This document shows, piece after piece, positions 44,829 to 54,778 of a stretch of DNA of 64,000 nucleotides; positions within the stretch are counted from its first letter, which is position 1; every line of letters starts with the position of its first letter. Made by a program: the position numbers and the translations under genes. The DNA lies in NCBI GenBank assembly GCA_043799715.1, contig JAZDNM010000005.1, positions 4,859 through 68,858 on the forward strand, written 5' to 3'. The notes under the pieces are model-generated. The model was not told the DNA's origin. It saw nothing but the letters and a program-made list of their open reading frames with translations, and did no database searches. The DNA is from an archaeon (lineage in GTDB: Archaea > Nanobdellota > Nanobdellia > Pacearchaeales > DTIR01).

Positions 44829-46346
44829 ATGCTGTCAAAGTCAAAAATGAAAAATAAAATCCTACTGCTTAATCCTAACTGGAGACATTTGGAAAAAGTG
44901 GGTAGGATGAGCAAGATAACCAGCGGCATTCCGCTTGAGCTGCTTTATATTGCCGGTAGCCTTAAAAAATTAAATTTGGAGTTTAAGATTATTGACTTAT
45001 GGGGCTCTGATAAAAATCTGCAGGATTTCAAGCCAGAAATTTCTGATGCATCAATAATAGTCATAAATACCGCTCCTTCTTATCTCTACTGGCGTGATGG
45101 GACAATAGACTGTGAGCTGCCTAGAAAGATTGTCCAAGAAGTAAGGGCAATGAACCCCCAAATAAAGATAATAGTAATAGGCCCTCATGGCACGGTACTG
45201 CCAGAAAGCATAGCCTCAAAGGATATTGATTACCTTATTAGAGGAGAGCCAGACTTGATAGCAGCAAAATTGATTGAAAAAATAATAAAAAACAAGATAG
45301 GAGAATTAAAAGGTGTTTGTGAATGGCAAGGCAAGAAATTTCACGTGAGCAAGGATTATGCAACAGTTAATAATCTTGATGAAGTGGATGCGCCCTATGA
45401 AATTCTAGACATTAAAAATTATTCAATCCCGGAGTACCCAAAAAAAGACAGGAAAAAAATCACAACCTACTATGAGGCAAGCAGGGGCTGCCCATTTGAC
45501 TGCATTTTCTGCTTCAGGGAGGGATTCAGGGGAAAATTGAGATTTAAAAGCCTAAAAAAAATTTCTGCGGACTTGGGGAAATTGAAGAAGCTGGGAGTGG
45601 GATATATTTACTTTATTGATGAATGTTTTGGCTTTGACATACCCTGGTTCAGAAAGCTTCTTGGAATTTTGAAGAAATATCGGATAGAATGGGGATGCCA
45701 GACCAGGCCGCATTTATGGAACAAGAAAAGAATAATCGAAGCTGCAAAGAATGGATGTGTCCTGATGGAGATGGGCATAGAATCCGCGAACAAGAGGGTG
45801 CTTAATGCATTAAACAAGGAATCAACTGATTTAAGCGTAGTAAAGGAGAATGTTAATACCATGCTTTCATTTGGCATAACTCCGGGTTTGAGTTTTATAG
45901 TGGGCTCGCCTTATGAAACAAAAGAAACAATAAAAGAGATAAAAGATTTCCTGCTCCAATTTCCGGCAGACAAGGTGCTCATCGGCTGCCATATTATGCT
46001 GCCATACCCCAAAACAAAATTGTGGAATCTTGGATTAAAAGAGGGCATCCCCTTGCATTCCTGGCCTGATGTGAGAAGATATGCAGGAGTGATTCATAAT
46101 GATTTTAAAGAGCCAAAAGAGGTTAATCTGGAGATTAAAAGGCTTTTAAGTTATTTAAGAGTCAAAAAAGCAGCGAGCAGGATGCGTGCAGCCTTAAAAG
46201 AAAGGGCATTGGCAAATTTCATGAAAAATTTTATAATCCTCGTCGGCAGCAAAGTTATCATAGCACTCCCCAGAATAACGCCTTTATTTGAAAAAACAAT
46301 GAATTTGTTCAAATCTGGAAAATTTGCGACTAATGATTACCTGTAA
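44829..46346 (+). CDS. B12-binding (class B) radical SAM enzyme, paralog 5 (divergent)
   Basis: ILLLNPNW..., RGEPD in place of GEGE, and SRGCPFDCIFCFR. An alternative start is at 44847. Confidence 0.8.
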   Translation: MLSKSKMKNKILLLNPNWRHLEKVGRMSKITSGIPLELLYIAGSLKKLNLEFKIIDLWGSDKNLQDFKPEISDASIIVINTAPSYLYWRDGTIDCELPRKIVQEVRAMNPQIKIIVIGPHGTVLPESIASKDIDYLIRGEPDLIAAKLIEKIIKNKIGELKGVCEWQGKKFHVSKDYATVNNLDEVDAPYEILDIKNYSIPEYPKKDRKKITTYYEASRGCPFDCIFCFREGFRGKLRFKSLKKISADLGKLKKLGVGYIYFIDECFGFDIPWFRKLLGILKKYRIEWGCQTRPHLWNKKRIIEAAKNGCVLMEMGIESANKRVLNALNKESTDLSVVKENVNTMLSFGITPGLSFIVGSPYETKETIKEIKDFLLQFPADKVLIGCHIMLPYPKTKLWNLGLKEGIPLHSWPDVRRYAGVIHNDFKEPKEVNLEIKRLLSYLRVKKAASRMRAALKERALANFMKNFIILVGSKVIIALPRITPLFEKTMNLFKSGKFATNDYL

Positions 46347-46347
46347 G

Positions 46348-47241
46348 ATGAAAAGAAGAATATTTGTCACTGGCGCGACTGGATTCATTGGAAAGCACCT
46401 TGTTAATGAATTAATATCCCAAAAAATGAATGTTGTCTGCCTTATACGGAAAAAAGAGCAGGCCAGTATCTTCAGGAAATCCGAAAGCCTGAAATTTCTA
46501 ATAGGAGAGATTAAAGATACAGAAAGAATAAGCAAGCAATTAAGGCAGGGGGATATAGTGGTTCATCTGGCAAATATTTCTGATGGACTGAATTATGAAG
46601 ATTTCTATAAGGTAAATGTTAAAGGCACTAAAAATCTGGTTTTGCTTTGTGAAAAAATCAAAATCAAAAAGTTTATTTTCCTCAGCTCAACAGTTGTTTT
46701 GGGTAATTTTAACAGCCCCTATACCGAGACCAAAAGGCTTGCAGAGGATATTGTAAAGAAATCCTCGCTTAATTATGTGATTTTAAGGCCGGATATGGTG
46801 TATGGAATAAATAGCAAGAGGCACATTCTTGACCTTGTAGAGGAAATCAAAAATAAAAAAGTAAAAATTGTCTTTGGCTACCAGCATGTCCGTATCAGGC
46901 CGGTTTACATAGGAGATGTGGCGAGAGCAATAATCAACTCAATCAAGGCAGAAAAAATTACAAGGGAAGTATACAATATAATCTCTGAACAAATTTCCTA
47001 TGGGGAACTTTTTAAGCTCATAAAAAAGAGAACAGGGAGCAGATGCCTGATGATTTTTGTGCCAAGATTTTTTGCCCTATTTTTGGCAAGGACATACACG
47101 ATTTTAAATAAAAATTCCACTCTTTATGACTGGATAAAAGGAAATGAAGATAAACCATATGATTTATCCGAATCAACGAGAGATTTGGGCATTTCTCCCA
47201 TCCCAATCTCAAAAGGGCTGGATATTCTGCTGAAATCCTGA
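46348..47241 (+). CDS. NAD-dependent epimerase/dehydratase
   Basis: IFVTGATGFIGKHL and YTETKRLAE (YxxxK). ATG 46348 begins 2 nt after the upstream stop. Confidence 0.8.
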   Translation: MKRRIFVTGATGFIGKHLVNELISQKMNVVCLIRKKEQASIFRKSESLKFLIGEIKDTERISKQLRQGDIVVHLANISDGLNYEDFYKVNVKGTKNLVLLCEKIKIKKFIFLSSTVVLGNFNSPYTETKRLAEDIVKKSSLNYVILRPDMVYGINSKRHILDLVEEIKNKKVKIVFGYQHVRIRPVYIGDVARAIINSIKAEKITREVYNIISEQISYGELFKLIKKRTGSRCLMIFVPRFFALFLARTYTILNKNSTLYDWIKGNEDKPYDLSESTRDLGISPIPISKGLDILLKS

Positions 47242-47247
47242 TTGAGG

Positions 47248-48726
47248 TTATTGGCTGCGAAGAAAATTTATCCTCTTTATCAGTTCATTAAATCCTTCTC
47301 TTTGGTAGTAGGCATGCGCCTTTTGTATTACCCTTAAATTTATTTTTATATTCTGCATTATCCCCCTTGGCAGCCAATAAAAAAATTCGGAGTAAAGGTT
47401 GTACTTTCTCGCCTCTGAAAATATCTGGGGCAGTTTGGTAAGCTTAAGTTTGCTGTCTATTGTTTCAAACAAGCACATATAGTGCGCCTTTATTCTATCT
47501 TCTTTTGTGAAGTCTGGAGTTTCCACCACAGGTTCATTTGCCCTGAAATCTCCTTCTGCAAGGGATGTGTGCCCTATCTCATTATAGAGAGTACCATTCT
47601 TTTCAAACCACTCACGAATTGGCGTGCTTTTGTAGGGCATTACTATATTCCAATATATTGAGTCGGGCTTTAATTTTTGAGCAAATTTTATTGAGGCCTT
47701 TATTCTTTTTAGATTATCTCCAGGTAGGCCAATAATAAAACCCAAGCTAAGCAGCATCTTATATTTGTTGACAAGCTTCGCGGCTTTCTCAATTTGTTCG
47801 AGGGTCTCCCCCTTGTTGACTTGCTTGAACACTTCAGGATGCGCATGTTCCACACCCAATCCAACAGCATTGCAGTTTGCTTTTTTAAGAGAGACAAGCA
47901 GCTCTTCATTCACATCATCCGCCCTTATATTGGTTATATCCAGCCTTAACTTTATCTTTTCTGCATAGAGCTTTAGAAATCTGTAAAATCTTTCTTTGTC
48001 TACAAGCGGATTGTCATCCTGTACGAGAATATGGAGATTTGGAGCAATTGTTTGCATTGCGTGTTCTATTTCTCTAATGCAGCTTTCAGGCTTCCTCGGG
48101 CGCCATAATTTGCCGGATACAGAAACAACAGGGCAGAAACTGCATCGATAAGGGCAGCCTCTTGAAGTCATTATAGAATATGCCCGAATATACTCCCATT
48201 TGTAAAAAACCCTATATTCCGGGAAAGGCACATCTTCGGGGTTGACTATCTCTGTTGTTCTTATTATTACCGCCTTATCCTCTTTTTTTGCATTTTCAAC
48301 AGCATCAATAACAGTCAGTTCAGCCTCGCCTATAACAATGTAATCCACTCTTTTGTCCTCCTGCATTTCATCAGGATAAAGGGTGGGATGGGGTCCGCCA
48401 ACAATTATCGGAATTTCTTTATTAAAATTGTTGATTTCTTCAAGAATCAACTCTGCTTCCCCTGTATTGGCGGTATATATTGAAACACCTATCACATCTG
48501 GTTTAAACTTATCAATGAAAGAAGTTATATGCGGGGCGCGGGGTATCAGATTATAATCCACAACAAGAATGTCATGCCCCCTTTTTTTGAGTATTGAGGC
48601 AAGGATAGCTATGCCCATGTGCGGAACTCTGGATGTTGCAGTACTCCTTTGCGGATTCACAAATAAAACCTTTTTTTCTTTTTTTTCTGCAACTTTTATT
48701 ATGTTTCTCAGATGTTCAGATTGCAT
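47248..48726 (-). CDS. B12-binding (class B) radical SAM enzyme, paralog 6
   Basis: VLFVNPQ..., IGEAE, and SRGCPYRCSFCPV. Confidence 0.85.
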   Translation of the reverse strand: MQSEHLRNIIKVAEKKEKKVLFVNPQRSTATSRVPHMGIAILASILKKRGHDILVVDYNLIPRAPHITSFIDKFKPDVIGVSIYTANTGEAELILEEINNFNKEIPIIVGGPHPTLYPDEMQEDKRVDYIVIGEAELTVIDAVENAKKEDKAVIIRTTEIVNPEDVPFPEYRVFYKWEYIRAYSIMTSRGCPYRCSFCPVVSVSGKLWRPRKPESCIREIEHAMQTIAPNLHILVQDDNPLVDKERFYRFLKLYAEKIKLRLDITNIRADDVNEELLVSLKKANCNAVGLGVEHAHPEVFKQVNKGETLEQIEKAAKLVNKYKMLLSLGFIIGLPGDNLKRIKASIKFAQKLKPDSIYWNIVMPYKSTPIREWFEKNGTLYNEIGHTSLAEGDFRANEPVVETPDFTKEDRIKAHYMCLFETIDSKLKLTKLPQIFSEARKYNLYSEFFYWLPRGIMQNIKINLRVIQKAHAYYQREGFNELIKRINFLRSQ

Positions 48727-48848
48727 TTTGAATAAGAGCTTTATTCTAAACTTTTGTTCCCCCCTTATAAAAAGCCAGAAAAATCGTTTAAATTACTTAT
48801 GGAATTGCTGTAAATAATGTTTTTATACTTGCAAGCCGCTAAGCTTCT

Positions 48849-49979
48849 ATGAAAATATGCCTCTATGATTGGTGTTTGCACGCAATCGGCGGAGGGCAGA
48901 AATTCAACTGCAAAATAGCAGAGCATCTTTCAAAGAGCAATGATGTGGATATCCTAAGCATGTTTCCAGCAGACAAGAAGAAGCTGGAAGAGATGTATTC
49001 TGTTGATTTTTCAAACATAACATTCAGGCATCTTTATGAAAAGGCTTTTCTTAATCCCGCCTTGCTTGTTCTTCTAAGTTCTAGAAGGGTGGAGAGTATT
49101 GCAAGGGAATATGACCTCTTTTTTAATGCTGACGCGATATCTTCTGTAAAACCTGCCGCAAAATTCAATATAATGTACTGCCATTTTTTCGGTTTGAAGT
49201 GGCCAAAACAGGCAAAATCATTTCAGGAATTCCTGAAATCATGCGCGGGATGGATTTTGAAATCCTTGTTTAGAAATTATGCAAGAAGCTATGATGCGAT
49301 TTACTGCAATTCAAATTATACAAAGATCTGGCTGAAAAAGAAATGGAATGCTGATGCTGATGTTATTTACCCCCCAATAGATATCCCCAAAAAAATCAAT
49401 CCTGCAAAGAAAAATATAATCTTAAGTACAGGCAGATTAACTCCTGACAAGAATTATAACTTTGTGATTGAATGCTTCAAGGCAGTATATGATTCAGGCA
49501 TTAAAAATTATGAATGTTGGATTCTTGGCAGCGAGCCTTCAGCTAAATATCTTGAAGAGCTCAGGGAGTTAGCCCAGGGATATCCTGTGAAGATTGTAAC
49601 AAATCCAAGCAATAAGGAGCTTAGTGCGGCATATGCAAAATCAAAAATCTTTATTCAGGCAAAAGGACTTGGAGTAAATGAGCAAAAGTATCCTGCATTG
49701 CTTGAGCATTTTGGCATGACTCCTGTTGAAGCAATGGCTTTCGGCTCTGTCCCTGTTCTTCTTGATAAAGGGGGATACAAGGAATCTGTTGAAAACGGCA
49801 AAAGTGGATTTCTGTTCAGCACAAAAGATGAGGCAATACAAAAGATAAAACTGCTTATTGAAGATGAAAAGCTTAGGTCAAAAATGAGCAGGAATGCAAT
49901 GCAGCGAGCAAAAAATTTCAGCCTTGAAAGAATGCAGAAAGAGATTGACAAGATGATGAAAAAAGTCAGAATTGATTGA
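48849..49979 (+). CDS. GT4-family (Glycos_transf_1) glycosyltransferase
   Basis: EHFGMTPVEAMAFGSVPV (E-x7-E region) and GRL.P.KN. Confidence 0.8.
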   Translation: MKICLYDWCLHAIGGGQKFNCKIAEHLSKSNDVDILSMFPADKKKLEEMYSVDFSNITFRHLYEKAFLNPALLVLLSSRRVESIAREYDLFFNADAISSVKPAAKFNIMYCHFFGLKWPKQAKSFQEFLKSCAGWILKSLFRNYARSYDAIYCNSNYTKIWLKKKWNADADVIYPPIDIPKKINPAKKNIILSTGRLTPDKNYNFVIECFKAVYDSGIKNYECWILGSEPSAKYLEELRELAQGYPVKIVTNPSNKELSAAYAKSKIFIQAKGLGVNEQKYPALLEHFGMTPVEAMAFGSVPVLLDKGGYKESVENGKSGFLFSTKDEAIQKIKLLIEDEKLRSKMSRNAMQRAKNFSLERMQKEIDKMMKKVRID

Positions 49980-49980
49980 A

Positions 49981-50613
49981 TTATTCTCTCTTGTCCTTGG
50001 CTGAAACAGGCCTGCCCTTAATTCTGTCCCAAAGCCATCTTGCTGCAGGCACATTCCTTATTGCTTTCCTGCCGAGAAGATAAAGAATATTGCCATTTAC
50101 TTCTCTCATCACAATTCTGCCGCCCCATTTCTCCTTAAAAGTATTTATCCCTTGCATATGCCCTCTTGGCTTTAATTGATAGCCCCCCAAATCAACATAT
50201 CTCATTTTTCTATTCAGGGCATACAGAATGCAGTTCCAGTAAAGAAAATCATTAACTCTCATTTCCTGATATTCCATTGAAGAGGCAAACGCAACAAAAT
50301 TTATCCCCCCTTTCCGAATCTCAATCAGTCCGCCGCCAATTACTTTCTTATCCTTTTTTGCAACAAACAACTTGTAATCTTTATGCTGCATTAATTTTCC
50401 TATTGGTTCAGGGTTGACTCCTCCATCTTTCCAGACACTGCTATAAATTCTGTGATATTCCTGAAATTCCTGCTCGTCAGCTTCCTTGAAAATCAAGCCA
50501 GAATCTTTCGCCTTGCTTATATTCTTTCTTCTGCTCCTGTCTGCCTGTTTAAGCAAGTCCTCTGCATTCCTGCCTTCCAAATCAATTATTATTGTTGCCT
50601 GAACATCCTTCAT
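49981..50613 (-). CDS. FemAB-like / GNAT-fold acyl- or aminoacyl-transferase domain protein (single domain)
   Basis: RRKNISKAKDSGL..., LFVAKKDKKVIGGGLI..., FASSMEYQEMRVNDFLYWNCILYALNRKMRYVDLGG resembles the C-terminal half of FemAB-family enzymes. Confidence 0.4.
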   Translation of the reverse strand: MKDVQATIIIDLEGRNAEDLLKQADRSRRKNISKAKDSGLIFKEADEQEFQEYHRIYSSVWKDGGVNPEPIGKLMQHKDYKLFVAKKDKKVIGGGLIEIRKGGINFVAFASSMEYQEMRVNDFLYWNCILYALNRKMRYVDLGGYQLKPRGHMQGINTFKEKWGGRIVMREVNGNILYLLGRKAIRNVPAARWLWDRIKGRPVSAKDKRE

Positions 50614-50614
50614 T

Positions 50615-51325
50615 TTATAACTGGGAAAGGTTCTTTATTTTTATAATCCCCTTTTTCTCCATTTCCTTCAATTTGCTGATTAATACCTGAAAATTTTTCA
50701 TTTTTTTGTTGCTGAAATCATGCGTGGTTATGCAGTAAACAGCATTTTTGCCTGAGTTCTGGACTATTTCATTTAAAATTTCCATTACTTTAAAATCCCT
50801 TTCGCCATCAAACCAGTTGCTTGTGTAGACACATTTAATTCCATACTTGATTATAGGTTTGCTGATTTGGCTTTCATGTTTGTCATTTTTTCCCCTGTAA
50901 ACAGCAATTTTGTATTTCTCTTTTCTCAATGCCCTGAAAATTCTTCCTGGCTCTTTGGCATCTTCTATCATCCACATTGGCGCAGAAAAGCTTTTTGCCC
51001 CAGAAATATTCTTTATCTCTCGATGCATTTCAGAATCAGAAATTAATGTTAATGGCTTGTGGTTTAATGTGTGATAACCAAAATCAATAAATCTTGGGGC
51101 ATTATGCTTGGGCTTGAACAAGCTGCCAACAAGCATGAATGAGCATGGAAATTTCTTTTTAATTGTGAGCTTGTAAATTTTTTCAAAGCCATTCTTGTCA
51201 TATCTTATACCCTTGATTAAATTGTTAATTTTTCCCTTGAATTTTTGCCATAAATTCCATGAAGGATTGCCCTGCCTGAATGAGATAAAGCCTTCAACAT
51301 CAACGACAACACAGACATCAAGCAT
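50615..51325 (-). CDS. Putative polysaccharide deacetylase-like (CE4-like) protein
   Basis: N-terminal VVVDVEGF and FGYHTLNH (HxxxH-like NodB motif). Its stop lies 1 nt before the start of the FemAB-like gene. Confidence 0.35.
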   Translation of the reverse strand: MLDVCVVVDVEGFISFRQGNPSWNLWQKFKGKINNLIKGIRYDKNGFEKIYKLTIKKKFPCSFMLVGSLFKPKHNAPRFIDFGYHTLNHKPLTLISDSEMHREIKNISGAKSFSAPMWMIEDAKEPGRIFRALRKEKYKIAVYRGKNDKHESQISKPIIKYGIKCVYTSNWFDGERDFKVMEILNEIVQNSGKNAVYCITTHDFSNKKMKNFQVLISKLKEMEKKGIIKIKNLSQL

Positions 51326-51376
51326 TTTAGCTGATTGTTTCTTAAACTTTATAAAGCTTTACGAACTATTTTGCAT

Positions 51377-52891
51377 ATGGCTGAGAAAAAAGTCAATTCA
51401 GAAGCAAAATGGTTTTATCCTGCGATAATCCTCCTTTCATTGTTCTTTCTGTTCAAGCTTGTAAACCAGTCGCAGATTATATGGCAATTCCCTCTGGACC
51501 AGAATAATGATATCTCGGTGCATCTCGGGCAGCTGCATTTTCTTAAGCAATATGGCTTTCATCAGAATGTTCCGAACTGGTATAATGGCTATAGCCTTTT
51601 TTTGAATTATCCAATTTTATGGTATTTTTTAACGCTGCCCCTTTATATTGTCCTGAAAAATATTCTCTTGGCAACATTCATTTCACATATACTCCTCTAT
51701 GTTTTAGGATTGCTGTTCTTTATCCTTATTGGAAAAATACTAAAAATTTCATTTTATAAAATATTTTTCTTCTATCTTGCATTTTATGCAAATCCTGTTG
51801 CTGTGGGCAATTTCATAAAACTTGGAAGAATGACTGAGCTGACAGGCATGACATTGTTTATCGCTTTTTTTGCTCTGCTGCTTTATCTTAAGGACAAGCC
51901 AATAAAGCCGAGATGGATTGCTGCTCTGGCAGTGATTTTTGCAGGGATACTCCTTGCCCATCCCTCATGGATAATCCTCTCTGCGATAATAATTCCCCCA
52001 TTCTTCCTGCTGAAATACAAAAAAGACAAGATAAAATTTGTATTGGCAATGTCTGCATCGCTTTTGCTTGCATCCTTCTGGCTTTTTCCTTTTATCTTCA
52101 CTGCAAATGCCTCTTCTCTTGAGTCTTTTTACGGCACTGCAAGGCTTTTTGACTTCAAGAATTTCCTTTATGATAATATTGTGTCGTTTGTCCTGCCTAT
52201 TTCAATGTGGCTGACGGCATTTTTCTATTTTAGGAATGTAAAAATCACAGAAGACTGGCGATTTAAAAAAGAACTGATCTTCTATTCAGGCATCATTATT
52301 GCAAGCGTATTATATATCAGCAGACTCATTTTCTACATTCCAATACTTAACCGCCCGTATCCTGACTCTTACAACATGTTCTTCATATTCTTCACTTTTT
52401 TGTTTCTGATAAGAACCCCATTTAATGCATATGGAAAACTGGCCAAGCTGCTTAAACTGTCCTTGCTGCTTTTGCCCATAATATTCATCCTAGCTTCAGT
52501 TATTACAGTCCCTAATTTCAGGGGAAATAATCCTGTTGACAATGAAATAAAATCCCTGCTGTCAAATCTTGAAATCAATGATAAATTCCTTATTGAGAAT
52601 GTCCCTTATCCAACTTCTTCGCTTGCATTTTATTCTTATGCAGCTATTTATTACAATCTTTCAACTCCCTCTGGCTGGGTAATTCAGGGAGCAGATTCAA
52701 AGTATTTTGATTTGCTTTATGCTGTCAGGGAAGATTTAAGAACAAAAAACTGCCAAAATCTGCTAAACAATTTGCATTCCCTTAATGCAACAAAACTTAT
52801 TGTCTCAAATGCACTTCAAATGGATATGCCTAACTGTTCCCTGAAAATACTGGCTCAGGAGAGGGATATCTCCTTGTTTTCCATCCCTTAG
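51377..52891 (+). CDS. Large polytopic membrane protein (possible glycan polymerase or GT-C-type transferase)
   Basis: About 13 TM helices plus a soluble C-terminal domain. ATG 51377 lies about 26 nt after ACTTTATAAAGC. Confidence 0.35.
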   Translation: MAEKKVNSEAKWFYPAIILLSLFFLFKLVNQSQIIWQFPLDQNNDISVHLGQLHFLKQYGFHQNVPNWYNGYSLFLNYPILWYFLTLPLYIVLKNILLATFISHILLYVLGLLFFILIGKILKISFYKIFFFYLAFYANPVAVGNFIKLGRMTELTGMTLFIAFFALLLYLKDKPIKPRWIAALAVIFAGILLAHPSWIILSAIIIPPFFLLKYKKDKIKFVLAMSASLLLASFWLFPFIFTANASSLESFYGTARLFDFKNFLYDNIVSFVLPISMWLTAFFYFRNVKITEDWRFKKELIFYSGIIIASVLYISRLIFYIPILNRPYPDSYNMFFIFFTFLFLIRTPFNAYGKLAKLLKLSLLLLPIIFILASVITVPNFRGNNPVDNEIKSLLSNLEINDKFLIENVPYPTSSLAFYSYAAIYYNLSTPSGWVIQGADSKYFDLLYAVREDLRTKNCQNLLNNLHSLNATKLIVSNALQMDMPNCSLKILAQERDISLFSIP

Positions 52892-53622
52892 AAACCTAAT
52901 TTCATCTTTAATGCCAAGATTACTGGCTGGATGTAAGATACAAACTCCCTTTTGTAATTAAGCGTTGATTTTTTGTAACTCTTGTCATAATGTATCGGGA
53001 TTTCCTTTATTTTGTAGCCCAAGACAAGCGCTTTTAATGGCACTTCAGCATGTATGCCAAATCCTTTGCTTTCAATTTTAATCTTATCAAGCATTTTTTT
53101 TGAATACAGCTTGTAGCCGCTTGTAAAATCTCTTAAATGCCAATTGAACAGAAATTTCAGGAGCAGATTGAAAGAGCCTGTTGCAATCCATCTTGAAAAT
53201 GGCATTTCAGCGCTTCCGCCTTTGATAAACCTTGAACCGATTATTATATCTGCATCTTCTCTGTGCTTGAAGAACAGGGGGATATATTTAGGGTTGTGGG
53301 AATCGCAGTCCATATACAGCACATAATTCCCTCTTGCATTCCTGAATCCATCTCTTATTGAGTTTCCAACACCACCTTTTTCACTTCCAACTTTTCCTTT
53401 CCGGTGTATTACCCTGATTCTTCTGTCTTTTTCTGAAATTTTGTCAACTATCTTTCCTGTGCTGTCTGTTGAATGGTCATCCATAAAAACAATTTCTGCG
53501 TTTATCCTGCTTTTTTTTAATATCCCTAGAACTTTAATTAAAAGCGGCTCTACAACTTTCTCTTCATTCAACGCAGAAATAATGACTGACAATTCTGGTT
53601 TGCCCGATTCTCCCTTCTTCAT
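52888..53622 (-). CDS. GT2 glycosyltransferase (polyprenyl-phosphate hexose synthase-like)
   Basis: LSVIISALNEE, FMDDHSTD, MDCDSHNP. 244 aa. Confidence 0.75.
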   Translation of the reverse strand: MKKGESGKPELSVIISALNEEKVVEPLLIKVLGILKKSRINAEIVFMDDHSTDSTGKIVDKISEKDRRIRVIHRKGKVGSEKGGVGNSIRDGFRNARGNYVLYMDCDSHNPKYIPLFFKHREDADIIIGSRFIKGGSAEMPFSRWIATGSFNLLLKFLFNWHLRDFTSGYKLYSKKMLDKIKIESKGFGIHAEVPLKALVLGYKIKEIPIHYDKSYKKSTLNYKREFVSYIQPVILALKMKLGF

Positions 53623-53687
53623 TCAATGGAGATGCCTTTTTTATTTATAAAAGTTACCAAAAATCAGAATTAAAATTGGAGAATAAT

Positions 53688-54731
53688 TTATTTCCGGTAT
53701 CTTAGCCCGGTGTTCTCAAGAATTTCCCTATTGGATTCAATCCATCTAATAAGCTTTTCAACCCCTTCCTCTCTGGAAATCTGGGGTTTCCACTGGAATT
53801 CTTTGTTCAATTTGCTTATGTTAGTTACATACACCTTTTGGTCTCCAATCCTCCAATCGCTGAAACTGCAATCTATCTTTCTGTTGAAGCGCTTTTCAAG
53901 CAGGTCTACTAATTCAAGGATTGAAAGTGAGTTTGTTTCCCCCCCGCCGAGATTATATATCTTATTTTTGCCTTTGGGATTGTGGTACGCTGCTTTCCTG
54001 TAGATATCACATAGGTCGCTTACATACAGAATATCCCTTACCTGCTTGCCGTCTCCATATATTGTTATCGGCTTGCCAAGCAGGGCTGAAGCACTTAAAT
54101 ATGCAACCCATCCTTGGTCCTCGCAGCCCATTTGATGCGGGCCATAAATCGCGGACATCCTGAAAACAGTTGTATTAATATCAAAGGTTCTCCCATAATC
54201 CCTGATGTATTGGTCTGCTGCACCCTTGGAACATCCGTAAGGCCCATGGAAATCAAGATTTTGGTTTTCATTGATGCCCTCAGTGTCTCTATAGCAGTAT
54301 CTCTTATTTTCCTCTATAACCTTTATGTCGCTCATCTCGCCATAAACCTTATTTGTTGAACTAAATACAACATATGCTTCTGGATTATTTTTTCTGACTG
54401 CCTCAAGAACATTGACTGTTCCTAGGACATTTATGTCAAAATCTTCCTTGGGATTATCAACAGAGGTAGTCATTGCAACCTGTGCAGCAAGATGATACAC
54501 GCCTTCCACATCCTTAACTGCATTATTCACTGCATTCGCATCCCTGACATCTGCTTTAAGAAAAGTGAATTTGTCTTTGTATTCTGCCTTGAGCCATTCA
54601 ATATTCTTTTCTGTTCCGGCTCTGCTGAGATTATCCAATATCACTGCATGCTTCTCTTCATTAATCACTCTTTCTGCAAGATTTATTCCAATAAATCCTG
54701 CCCCACCGGTAATAAGGACTTTCTCAATCAT
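53688..54731 (-). CDS. NAD-dependent sugar epimerase (CDP-paratose 2-epimerase / UDP-hexose 4-epimerase-like)
   Basis: VLITGGAGFIGINLA, SSTNKVYG, YGCSKGAADQY. Confidence 0.8.
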   Translation of the reverse strand: MIEKVLITGGAGFIGINLAERVINEEKHAVILDNLSRAGTEKNIEWLKAEYKDKFTFLKADVRDANAVNNAVKDVEGVYHLAAQVAMTTSVDNPKEDFDINVLGTVNVLEAVRKNNPEAYVVFSSTNKVYGEMSDIKVIEENKRYCYRDTEGINENQNLDFHGPYGCSKGAADQYIRDYGRTFDINTTVFRMSAIYGPHQMGCEDQGWVAYLSASALLGKPITIYGDGKQVRDILYVSDLCDIYRKAAYHNPKGKNKIYNLGGGETNSLSILELVDLLEKRFNRKIDCSFSDWRIGDQKVYVTNISKLNKEFQWKPQISREEGVEKLIRWIESNREILENTGLRYRK

Positions 54732-54778
54732 AACTCTGACTGGAGATAACAGCTTTAAAAATCTAATGATAAATTATT

